From an uncultured Calditrichota bacterium (GTDB taxonomy: Bacteria; Calditrichota; Calditrichia; JAJRVZ01), in NCBI GenBank assembly GCA_964489835.1, contig CAZBBC010000044.1:11524-29577 (forward strand): DNA of 18,054 nucleotides, given 5' to 3'. A program made the position numbers and the translations under genes. The notes beneath the pieces are model-generated. The model was not told the DNA's origin, ran no database searches, and worked only from the letters and a program-made list of their open reading frames with translations. Positions 7,599 through 15,479 of this stretch are shown here, piece by piece (the stretch's first letter is position 1; every line of letters starts with the position of its first letter).

Positions 7599-8453
7599 AT
7601 GAACATTATTACTTTTATTATAGCCGCTCTTGTTCTAATATTTATTCTCGGGATTAGAATAATAAGACCTACTCACAGAGGCTTAATTGAACGATTGGGA
7701 AAATATAACCGTTTTTCCAACCCGGGCTTTCATTGGATTATCCCAGTTATCGAAAGAATGTTCCAGGTTAATATCACCGAACAAATGGTTGATGCGGAAC
7801 CGCAGGAAATAATAACCAACGATAATTTAAACGCCAGAGTTGATGCCCAGGTTTATTTTAAAGTAAAAAATGATGAGGAGAGTGTCAAAAGCTCTCAATA
7901 TAATGTTAATAATTATCAGTGGCAGATCGTTAATCTTGCCCGTACAACACTGAGGAATATTATAGGTACGCTTACTTTAAAATCCGCCAATAGTGAACGA
8001 GGCAAAATAAATTCCGAACTGCATAAAACCCTGCATGAAGAAACGCAAAGCTGGGGAATTCAAATTGTCCGTACCGAATTAAAAGAGATCGATCCTCCGG
8101 CAGATGTTCAGGAAACCATGAATAAAGTTGTTAAAGCAGAAAATGAAAAAATAGCTGCCATCGATTATGCCACTGCCACAGAGACTAAAGCAGATGGTGA
8201 AAAACGGTCCAAAATCAAAGAGGCCGAGGGAGTCAGACAAGCAAGTATATTACATGCGGAAGGTGAGGCAGAGGCGATTAGACTGGTAAACGAAGCAGCT
8301 AATAAGTATTTTATTGGAAATGCGCAGCTGCTGAGAAAATTGCAGGCGCTGGAATCAGCACTGGAGAAAAATGCAAAAATAGTTATTCCAACCGGTTCTG
8401 ATTTGGTCAATATAATTGGCGATATGGCCGGCGTAGTGCCGTTGAATAAATAA
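7599..8453 (+). CDS. SPFH/band-7 (stomatin/prohibitin-like) membrane protein
   Basis: 284 aa. N-terminal TM helix followed by an SPFH domain (RPTHRGLIERLGKYNRFSNPGFHWIIPVIERM..., AQVYFKV). C-terminal coiled-coil, Ala/Glu-rich segment. SD-like AAAGGAAAG lies upstream. Confidence 0.85.
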   Translation: MNIITFIIAALVLIFILGIRIIRPTHRGLIERLGKYNRFSNPGFHWIIPVIERMFQVNITEQMVDAEPQEIITNDNLNARVDAQVYFKVKNDEESVKSSQYNVNNYQWQIVNLARTTLRNIIGTLTLKSANSERGKINSELHKTLHEETQSWGIQIVRTELKEIDPPADVQETMNKVVKAENEKIAAIDYATATETKADGEKRSKIKEAEGVRQASILHAEGEAEAIRLVNEAANKYFIGNAQLLRKLQALESALEKNAKIVIPTGSDLVNIIGDMAGVVPLNK

Positions 8454-8468
8454 CCAAAAGGATTCAGA

Positions 8469-9752
8469 TTGTCAGTAACTATCCCAGAAAAGATTGTAAT
8501 CATCGGCGGCGGATTCGGCGGTTTATATGCAGCGAAGGCTTTTCACGGAAAAGCTGTTCAGGTTACCCTGATCGATCGCCGCAATTTTCATTTGTTTCAG
8601 CCCTTGTTGTATCAGGTGGCGACCGGCGGGTTATCGCCAGCCGATATTGCTTTTCCTCTGAGGGCAATATTCAAAAGACAACGCAACATGCAGGTAGTAC
8701 TTGGTGAAGTCATGGATATTGATTTTACTACTCGCATCGTATCCGCAGCAGATAAACACATTTCTTTCGACTATCTGGTAATCGCCGCCGGGTCACATCA
8801 TCACTATTTCGGCAAATCGGATTGGGAGAAATTTGCCCCCGGTCTGAAGACGATCGAAGACGCCACTGATATTCGCAGCCGTATTCTCACAACCTTTGAA
8901 AAGGCTGAAGTTGAAGAGGATATAGACAAACGAAAATCTCTGCTTACCTTTGCGGTTATCGGTGGCGGGCCGGCCGGTGTGGAAATGGCTGGTGCCATCG
9001 CAGAATTGTCCCGCTATACATTATTACATGACTTTCGTACCATTAATCCCACCGATGCGCGCATCTTCTTGATTGAAGGCACCAACAGAATTTTACCTCC
9101 CTACCCGGAAGCGTTATCATTGAAGGCGCAGAAAACCCTTGAGCGGCTGGGAGTGGAAATTATGACAAATACACTGGTCACGAATATTGATGAAACTGGC
9201 ATCACCTTAAACACTCAAAAGGGGGATTCTGAAATTTACTGCGGCGCTATAATTTGGGCTGCTGGTGTCCAGGCTTCGGTTTTGGGAAATCTTGTACAAA
9301 AAAAACTTCCGGTCAATTCGGATAAAGCCGGCAGGCTCATGGTCAATTCACATTGCTGCCTGGATTGTGATAAAAACGTCTTCGTGATTGGTGATTTAGC
9401 ATATTTTAAGGATGAATATGACCAGTTGCTTCCAGGCATCGCCCCGGTGGCGATGCAGCAGGGACGCTACGTGGCCGGGGAGATCATAGCCCGCATTGCC
9501 GGAAAAAATCTACGGCCCTTTAAATATATTGACAAGGGGAATCTTGCGGTTATCGGCCGCAAATCTGCCGTGGCTTTTCGCAGAAATGTGCGCCTTTCAG
9601 GAATACCTGCCTGGGTATTGTGGTTATTTATACACCTGCTCTATCTTGTTGGTTTTGAGAACCGGGTATTGGTGGCCGTGCAGTGGGCGTTCAATTATTT
9701 TTCATTCAACCAGAGTGCACGGTTGATCACCGGGCTGAAAAATTCCAAATAA
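8469..9752 (+). CDS. ndh: Type-II NADH:quinone oxidoreductase (NDH-2), FAD-dependent pyridine nucleotide-disulfide oxidoreductase
   Basis: Two dinucleotide-binding folds: IVIIGGGFGGLYAAK, and FAVIGGGPAGVEMAGAIAEL. C-terminal amphipathic/membrane-anchoring helix. The start codon is TTG at 8469, preceded by an AAAGGA SD. There is no in-frame ATG before the first Rossmann motif. Confidence 0.85.
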   Translation: MSVTIPEKIVIIGGGFGGLYAAKAFHGKAVQVTLIDRRNFHLFQPLLYQVATGGLSPADIAFPLRAIFKRQRNMQVVLGEVMDIDFTTRIVSAADKHISFDYLVIAAGSHHHYFGKSDWEKFAPGLKTIEDATDIRSRILTTFEKAEVEEDIDKRKSLLTFAVIGGGPAGVEMAGAIAELSRYTLLHDFRTINPTDARIFLIEGTNRILPPYPEALSLKAQKTLERLGVEIMTNTLVTNIDETGITLNTQKGDSEIYCGAIIWAAGVQASVLGNLVQKKLPVNSDKAGRLMVNSHCCLDCDKNVFVIGDLAYFKDEYDQLLPGIAPVAMQQGRYVAGEIIARIAGKNLRPFKYIDKGNLAVIGRKSAVAFRRNVRLSGIPAWVLWLFIHLLYLVGFENRVLVAVQWAFNYFSFNQSARLITGLKNSK

Positions 9753-9914
9753 AAAAGATTTTTGAATCATTAGATAATTAAGTATATATTTTTAAATTTT
9801 CATCGGGCCTTTATTTATTCTCTAAATGATAGCTTGTAACCGCTGCCTTGATCATTGGTGTCCGTCTTATCGCCTATTTCTTTTAAATTTCTGATCCTAA
9901 AGGATAACAGGTAA

Positions 9915-9924
9915 TCACTAGTGA
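9915..9924. promoter_or_regulatory. Perfect 10-bp palindrome TCACTAGTGA, 40 bp upstream of the MFS transporter start. It is flanked by GTAAT/ATTAC half-sites. Candidate operator
   Basis: The palindrome is read directly from the sequence. Its position is typical for repressor operators of efflux-pump genes. No regulator gene is visible nearby. Confidence 0.2.
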
Positions 9925-9963
9925 CAGTAAACATTACATTTAAGAACCACAGGATTGATTCAA

Positions 9964-11451
9964 ATGATGCGCTTACTAAAAGATATTAAGACCCATGCGC
10001 ACCATCATGAATTAAACAACCCCGGTAATTACAGGAATAAATGGTACATTTTATTCTCAGTGGGCATGGGTGTATTTCTGGCAACCGTTGACTCCAGCAT
10101 CGTCAACATCGCCCTACCCACACTTGTTAAATCATTCCATACGAAATTTGCGGTTGTGCAATGGGTTGCCCTCTCCTATATGCTAACCATTGCCACGCTT
10201 ATCCTCAGTATGGGCCGGCTCGGCGACCTGATAGGTAAAAAAGGCATCTACCTCAGTGGGATGATTATTTTCACGCTTGGCTCAATTTTGTGCGGGCTTT
10301 CACAAACCGTTTACTGGTTGATTTTTTTCAGAATCGTTCAAGGTGTGGGTGCCGCTATGATGGCTTCTCTCGGCACAGCGCTGGTTACCGAAGCCTTTCC
10401 TGGCCGGGAACGGGGTAAAGCCCTGGGGACGATCGGCGGAATCGTAGCGATTGGCATTATTACCGGCCCTGTGTTAGGTGGGATCCTGATTGATGTCTTA
10501 TCCTGGCACTGGATATTTTTTGTAAATATTCCGATCGGTATTCTGGGTTCGTTCATGGTGCTGCGTTTTGTTCCGGGTTCAGCAGGCATAAAGAGACAGA
10601 GTTTTGATTTTGCCGGCGCCGGTACCATGTTTATCAGTATATTGTCTTTTCTGCTGGCTTTAACATTAGGACAGAATGTTGGATTTCGCCACCTGTATAT
10701 TATCCTGCTCTTCGGGCTCTGGATTGCTTCATTTATATTCTTTTTATACCTGGAACTGCACGTTGCCCATCCGATGATCGATCTGTACATTTTCCGCAAC
10801 AGCCTGTTCAGTCTGAACCTTTTCACCGGCTTCCTCTCGTTCATTGCCACAGCCGGGGTTGTGCTGCTGATGCCTTTTTATCTCCAGAATATTCTGGGTT
10901 ACGATCCGCATCAGGTTGGATTTTTATTAGCTACCGTGCCTCTATCGGCAGGATTTGCCAGTCCACTTTCGGGTATTTTATCGGACCGCTTTGGATCGCG
11001 TGCCATTTCCACCGTTGGATTAGCATTTCTGGTTGGCGGTTTTTATAGTCTGACTACCCTGAGCGAGGGTACTACCGCGTTGGGCTATGTATGGCGTTTT
11101 TTGCCTGTGGGTCTGGGCCTGGGCATTTTCCAGTCGCCCAACAACAGCGCCATTATGGGCGCAGCGCCGAAAAAATATCTTGGTATTGTATCCGGTCTTT
11201 TATCGATTTCGCGCACGCTGGGACAGACGTCCGGGATTGCGGCAATCGGAGCCTTCTGGGCGGCGCGTGTTTCCTTTTATGCCGGGACCGATTTTTCAGC
11301 AGGGCCTACACGGACAAACATCGCGGCACAAGTGCATGGTTTACACGATGCCCTCAGCGGAATTGTTATTCTGGTTTCTTTCGGACTTTTTTTGAATATC
11401 TGGGGCCTGATGCTGGAGTGGCTGCGCAAACCCCCACATCAGAATAAATAA
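9964..11451 (+). CDS. MFS transporter, DHA2 (EmrB/QacA-like, 14-TMS) drug:H+ antiporter family
   Basis: 496 aa with about 14 hydrophobic segments. DHA2-type N-terminus (ILFSVGMGVFLATVDSSIVNIALPTL), motif-A-like GRLGDLIGKK, and motif C (GPVLGGIL). The ORF track starts at TTG 9955. The ATG at 9964 with an AGGA SD is preferred. Confidence 0.85.
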   Translation: MMRLLKDIKTHAHHHELNNPGNYRNKWYILFSVGMGVFLATVDSSIVNIALPTLVKSFHTKFAVVQWVALSYMLTIATLILSMGRLGDLIGKKGIYLSGMIIFTLGSILCGLSQTVYWLIFFRIVQGVGAAMMASLGTALVTEAFPGRERGKALGTIGGIVAIGIITGPVLGGILIDVLSWHWIFFVNIPIGILGSFMVLRFVPGSAGIKRQSFDFAGAGTMFISILSFLLALTLGQNVGFRHLYIILLFGLWIASFIFFLYLELHVAHPMIDLYIFRNSLFSLNLFTGFLSFIATAGVVLLMPFYLQNILGYDPHQVGFLLATVPLSAGFASPLSGILSDRFGSRAISTVGLAFLVGGFYSLTTLSEGTTALGYVWRFLPVGLGLGIFQSPNNSAIMGAAPKKYLGIVSGLLSISRTLGQTSGIAAIGAFWAARVSFYAGTDFSAGPTRTNIAAQVHGLHDALSGIVILVSFGLFLNIWGLMLEWLRKPPHQNK

Positions 11452-11609
11452 AAAAATCGTTGGTTACATCATCTACTCACTTTTTCGAAAAAGGCCGCCT
11501 GTACAACAAAAAGAGACCATTCCCCCAAAAGAGGGGAAAAAAGAATTAAATAGTTGATGGTGGCAAAATCTTTCATCAAGTCTGTTTAATTAAAGGAGGA
11601 AATTAACCG

Positions 11610-11675
11610 ATGCCTGCAACCTTCATAACAGACACATTAAATTTATCAATGTATAAAACTATCTCAAAATACTAA
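11610..11675 (+). CDS. Candidate 21-aa small ORF (MPATFITDTLNLSMYKTISKY) preceded by a consensus SD (AAAGGAGGA). Leader peptide or small protein
   Basis: ATG at 11610. A strong SD lies 9-10 nt upstream. The ORF sits inside a 468-bp intergenic gap. There is no homology evidence. Confidence 0.2.
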   Translation: MPATFITDTLNLSMYKTISKY

Positions 11676-11919
11676 AAGACCTGCAGCAGGATCGTACGGT
11701 TCAGAAAGAAGCAAGTAATCTTGTATATATGACCATGGCAGATTCTGAGAAAAAAATTGATCAGTTTACCAGCCCATGAAGAGTTTGGTCTTGATCTGGC
11801 TAATGTTGAAGTTGAACCAGTACCTATACTTATAGCAAAGCCAAAACAATTAAAACTAACACGGGTTGATGATTAACATTAAGCCGTCGGGTTGATAAGG
11901 ATATAGAAGGAAAAATACG

Positions 11920-12630
11920 ATGAATCATCTCTTAAATACTGATATTTGTCAAATATGTGGTAAAACATTCAAAAAATCAGATCTGTTTCCGGGGGAATTG
12001 GTGCGGGAAACCATTGTAAAACAAATAAAAGACGAGTTTCCTGAATGGCCCGTTAAAGGTTATATTTGTTTCTCTGATCTCCATAGATTCAGGACTAAAT
12101 ATGTGACCACTTTGCTGCGGGATGAGATGGGCGAGATCACCAATCTGGAGCAGGAAGTCTCTGAAAAGCTTCTCAAACATGAAACCTTATCATCAAATAT
12201 TTTTGATGAGTCTTTAAAGGATCGTACCATAGGGCAAATAATGGCGGATAAAATAGCGGCCATCGGCGGTAGTTGGGGTTTTATCATCGGTTTTGGTATC
12301 TTTTTATTTATTTGGATGTTTATCAATTCCTACCTGTTGCTAAAAAAACCCTTCGATCCCTATCCCTTCATTTTGTTAAACCTGGTTTTGTCCACCCTGG
12401 CAGCCATTCAGGCTCCGGTAATTATCATGAGTCAGCGCCGCCAGGAGGTCAGAGACCGTCTACGGGCCGAGAATGACTACAGGGTTAACCTGAAAGCCGA
12501 ACTGGAAATCCGGCAGTTGCATGAAAAAGTTGATCATATTCTATTAAGTCAATGGAAGCGACTGGTTGAAATTCAGGAGATTCAGATCGAACAAATGAAT
12601 GAGTTGAAAAAAGGCAAAACGCGAGAGTAA
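11920..12630 (+). CDS. DUF1003-family membrane protein with an N-terminal CxxC-containing extension and a C-terminal coiled coil
   Basis: 236 aa. Core ADKIAAIGGSWGFIIGFGIFLFIWMFINSYLL ... PFDPYPFILLNLVLSTLAAIQAPVIIMSQRRQ matches the DUF1003 signature. The N-terminal ~80 aa carry CQICGK and a later Cys/His. SD GAAGGAAAAA lies upstream. Confidence 0.65.
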   Translation: MNHLLNTDICQICGKTFKKSDLFPGELVRETIVKQIKDEFPEWPVKGYICFSDLHRFRTKYVTTLLRDEMGEITNLEQEVSEKLLKHETLSSNIFDESLKDRTIGQIMADKIAAIGGSWGFIIGFGIFLFIWMFINSYLLLKKPFDPYPFILLNLVLSTLAAIQAPVIIMSQRRQEVRDRLRAENDYRVNLKAELEIRQLHEKVDHILLSQWKRLVEIQEIQIEQMNELKKGKTRE

Positions 12631-12713
12631 GGTTGATCGTTGAATGCACAATTGAAATGAATTCAGATTAATTTTCACAACTGGTGTCATTGATGTAAAG
12701 GAAATAAAAAAGA

Positions 12714-12980
12714 ATGGATAAAATTATTTTTTTAATTCGTATGCTGCTGTTGATCGCAATACTTTTTTCTTTCGGCCATACACAGAATCTTTTTATTCAT
12801 TATGGTCTCATGGCTGGCTATCAATTATCCTGGATCACCCTGAGTGGGGAAATTTTAGGACTCGCCGGGGTCACCGAAACATATTCTTCTTTTGGAGAGC
12901 GATTCGATCATTCTACAGTTTTTGCCGCTAATTTTAGATTAGGCCGCATGAGACCTTCATTATTTTATCAATTTCAATAG
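12714..12980 (+). pseudogene. Truncated outer-membrane beta-barrel (OMP_b-brl-like) ORF: signal peptide plus the first ~2 beta-strands, only 88 aa
   Basis: MDKIIFLIRMLLLIAILFSFGHTQ looks like a signal peptide. It is followed by alternating-hydrophobic strands (YGLMAGYQLSWITLSGE, FAANFRLG) and ends prematurely. An unrelated out-of-frame 66-aa ORF (13008..13208) overlaps the next gene. Confidence 0.35.
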
Positions 12981-13023
12981 CCGTTAGACAAAACTAAAAT
13001 CAACTAAATGAAAGAGAATTATT

Positions 13024-13485
13024 TTGGACCAGGCACATTTGCATCTGTTACTCAATCATTTCCCGATTATTGGGACACTTTTCGGAATTGGCTTTATCGC
13101 CTATGGCTATTTTATAAAAAATCAAACCATTACCAATGCCGCCAAGATCGTCTTTATCATCGTTGCTGTAATAACCATACCTACATTCTTCAGCGGAGAA
13201 CCGGCTGAAAAAATATTGGAAGCTACTATTCCCAACATCAGCCACGACCTGATTCACGCTCATGAAGAAGCGGCGGATTTTGCATTTATTGTAATGATCA
13301 TTCTTGGGGCAATATCTTTATTCTCGCTTTGGAAAAAACGAACAGTTAGAACTTATGATTTGGTAATTCTGATCCTTGCAATTGTCGTATTTATTATAAT
13401 GGCAAGAGTTGGTAATTTAGGAGGTCAAATACAGCATCAGGAGATCCGCAGCAGCGTTTTGGTCGTTTCTGAATCAAAATCCTGA
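13024..13485 (+). CDS. Small 4-TM membrane protein, DUF2231-like (conserved His-rich N-terminus HLHLLLNHFPI and HDLIHAHEE loop)
   Basis: 153 aa with four hydrophobic helices. The only in-frame start candidates are TTG at 13024 or 13039, with an AAAGAG SD-like sequence upstream. The start is uncertain. Confidence 0.55.
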   Translation: MDQAHLHLLLNHFPIIGTLFGIGFIAYGYFIKNQTITNAAKIVFIIVAVITIPTFFSGEPAEKILEATIPNISHDLIHAHEEAADFAFIVMIILGAISLFSLWKKRTVRTYDLVILILAIVVFIIMARVGNLGGQIQHQEIRSSVLVVSESKS

Positions 13486-13507
13486 CAATCCTTAAAAAAG
13501 AAAAGCA

Positions 13508-14359
13508 ATGATGGAAATTATTGGATTATTTAAAACTTTACCACCTCTACTAAAGATTTTTTCCATAGTATTGTTGGCAGTAATGGCGAGTTTCCTGGTG
13601 CGCGGAATAAGGCGATTAAGCCAATGGCTATTGTCTTTAAAATTATCGGGCAGCGATTTTAAAACAGAAAACATAGTAAAACGCTATCCTAAAATTGTTA
13701 CCATCACCACAATCCTGGTCAGCGCCTTTACCTTTACAATTTACTTCCTGGCCTTTGGGCTGATCCTGCAGGAATTCAATATCTCTTTAACCGCCTATTT
13801 AGCCAGTGCTTCGGTGATCGGGCTTGCCATTGGCTTTGGGGCACAGGGTTTTGTTCAAGATGTCGTCATTGGCCTGACACTGATTTTTTCGGATACGCTT
13901 GATATTGGTGATGTAGTGGATCTCTCCGGGCAGGTCGGCCAAGTCGATAGAATCGGATTAAGATTCACAACCCTTATCAACCTGCATGGACAACAGATTT
14001 ATATACCAAACCGAAATATTTCTTCCATCGGTCAATTTCGGGGAGGTTGTATTCGCGTCTATGTTGATATCCAATTGCCGGAACAGGTTGATGATAAAAT
14101 TGTTACGGAAAAGGTGCAGTCTATTGGACTGGGTATGCATCAGCAGCATACGTCAATTATACTCACCCCGCCGGAGATATTTGGCATTAAAGAGACAAAA
14201 GGCGGTAACTGGCGTTATTTGCGAATCAAGTTTCGTATCTGGCCGGGACAAGGCGCACTTATCGAAACGTCCTTTAAACAACGCGTCATTTTGTTGATGA
14301 AGCAGCAGTACCAGGATTACGCTGAATGGATGATTACTGTTACCTACAAGGTTGAGTAA
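13508..14359 (+). CDS. mscS: Small-conductance mechanosensitive channel (MscS family)
   Basis: 283 aa. 3 TM helices, then the conserved MscS pore/beta domain: ASVIGLAIGFGAQGFVQDVVIGLTLIFSDTLDIGDVVDLSGQVGQVDRIGLRFTTLINLHGQQIYIPN. Confidence 0.85.
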   Translation: MMEIIGLFKTLPPLLKIFSIVLLAVMASFLVRGIRRLSQWLLSLKLSGSDFKTENIVKRYPKIVTITTILVSAFTFTIYFLAFGLILQEFNISLTAYLASASVIGLAIGFGAQGFVQDVVIGLTLIFSDTLDIGDVVDLSGQVGQVDRIGLRFTTLINLHGQQIYIPNRNISSIGQFRGGCIRVYVDIQLPEQVDDKIVTEKVQSIGLGMHQQHTSIILTPPEIFGIKETKGGNWRYLRIKFRIWPGQGALIETSFKQRVILLMKQQYQDYAEWMITVTYKVE

Positions 14360-14414
14360 GATAAATGTTTATCTGGTGAATTATTCGGATTAAATAATTT
14401 AAGGAGGAACTCAC

Positions 14415-15479
14415 ATGGCTAGATTTTTTAAGAAACGTGAGGAAAGCAAAGGTCTTGCTCCCGGTTCCTTAGTTTTCATTGGAAACAAAAAGGTGGAAAA
14501 TATCCGAATTCGCGTGATTGATTATGATCAATCTAAATTGAACGAAGCGCAATTAGATGATATATCTAAAGGAAAGGAATTCAAAGAAACCAATACGGTG
14601 ACCTGGATCAATATTGACGGGCTTCATGATCATACAGTGATGCAGGAAATCGGGAATATATTTGATTTACATCCGCTTTTATTAGAAGATATTATGAATA
14701 CAGACCAGAGACCAAAGCTTGAAGAATTTGATAATTGTCTTTTCCTGGTTTTAAAAATGCTTCGCTATGACAAAGAAAAACAGGTCATTATTGCCGAGCA
14801 ATTAAGCATGGTGTTAGGTCGTACATTTCTGCTAACTTTCCAGGAACAACCCGGGGATGTCTTTGAACCGGTCAGAGAAAGAATAAGAAAACAAAAAGGA
14901 AGAATACGTGCCACCGGAATAGACTACCTGGCTTATGCTTTACTGGATACGGTTGTTGATAATTATATCTCCATTATCGAGAGAATTGGCGAGCAAATCG
15001 AAGATATTGATGAGGAAGTATTGACAAATCCCAAACCTGCTGTTATGGAGAAAATAAATACGTTAAAGCGTGAAATGAATTATTTGCGCAAATCCATCAG
15101 ACCGCTCAGGGAAGCCGTTATACAATTATTGAAGCTGGATTCTAAACTTATTAACCATAAAACAATTCCATTCTTAAGAGATTTGCAAGATCTTATTACA
15201 CATGCGACAGAAGCCATCGATACATACCGGGAAATGCTATCGGATCAATTAAATATTTACAATTCATCTATCAGTAACCGGATGAATGAAATTATGAAAG
15301 TATTGACTATTTTTGCCGCCATATTCATACCGCTTACATTTGTCGCCGGAATTTATGGGACCAATTTTGAATACCTGCCTGAACTACATTTTAAATATAG
15401 TTATTTTATCTTTTGGGGAGTCATGATCAGTGTTGCCATTGCAATGCTCAGCTATTTTAAACGAAAAGACTGGTTATGA
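14415..15479 (+). CDS. corA: CorA-family divalent-cation (Mg2+/Co2+) channel, with variant GTN in place of the GMN signature
   Basis: 354 aa. Thermotoga-CorA-like cytoplasmic domain. C-terminal TM1-loop-TM2 reads IFIPLTFVAGIYGTNFEYLPEL ... KRKDWL. Strong SD AAGGAGG lies 7 nt upstream of the ATG. Confidence 0.9.
   Translation: MARFFKKREESKGLAPGSLVFIGNKKVENIRIRVIDYDQSKLNEAQLDDISKGKEFKETNTVTWINIDGLHDHTVMQEIGNIFDLHPLLLEDIMNTDQRPKLEEFDNCLFLVLKMLRYDKEKQVIIAEQLSMVLGRTFLLTFQEQPGDVFEPVRERIRKQKGRIRATGIDYLAYALLDTVVDNYISIIERIGEQIEDIDEEVLTNPKPAVMEKINTLKREMNYLRKSIRPLREAVIQLLKLDSKLINHKTIPFLRDLQDLITHATEAIDTYREMLSDQLNIYNSSISNRMNEIMKVLTIFAAIFIPLTFVAGIYGTNFEYLPELHFKYSYFIFWGVMISVAIAMLSYFKRKDWL

Noticed and set aside
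9752-9790. A5-GA-T5 motif right after the ndh stop as a terminator
   Set aside because: The stem would consist only of A-T pairs, with no GC clamp. It is unlikely to be a functional intrinsic terminator.
10338-11447. 170-aa antisense ORF and two overlapping plus-frame ORFs inside the MFS transporter gene
   Set aside because: The translations are Pro/Arg-rich mirror artefacts of a GC-richer membrane-protein gene. The MFS frame is unambiguous.
14360-14414. AGATAAA-tg-TTTATCT inverted repeat between mscS and corA as a terminator
   Set aside because: The 2-nt loop is sterically implausible. The stem is AT-only and there is no U-run. At most it is a weak pause site.
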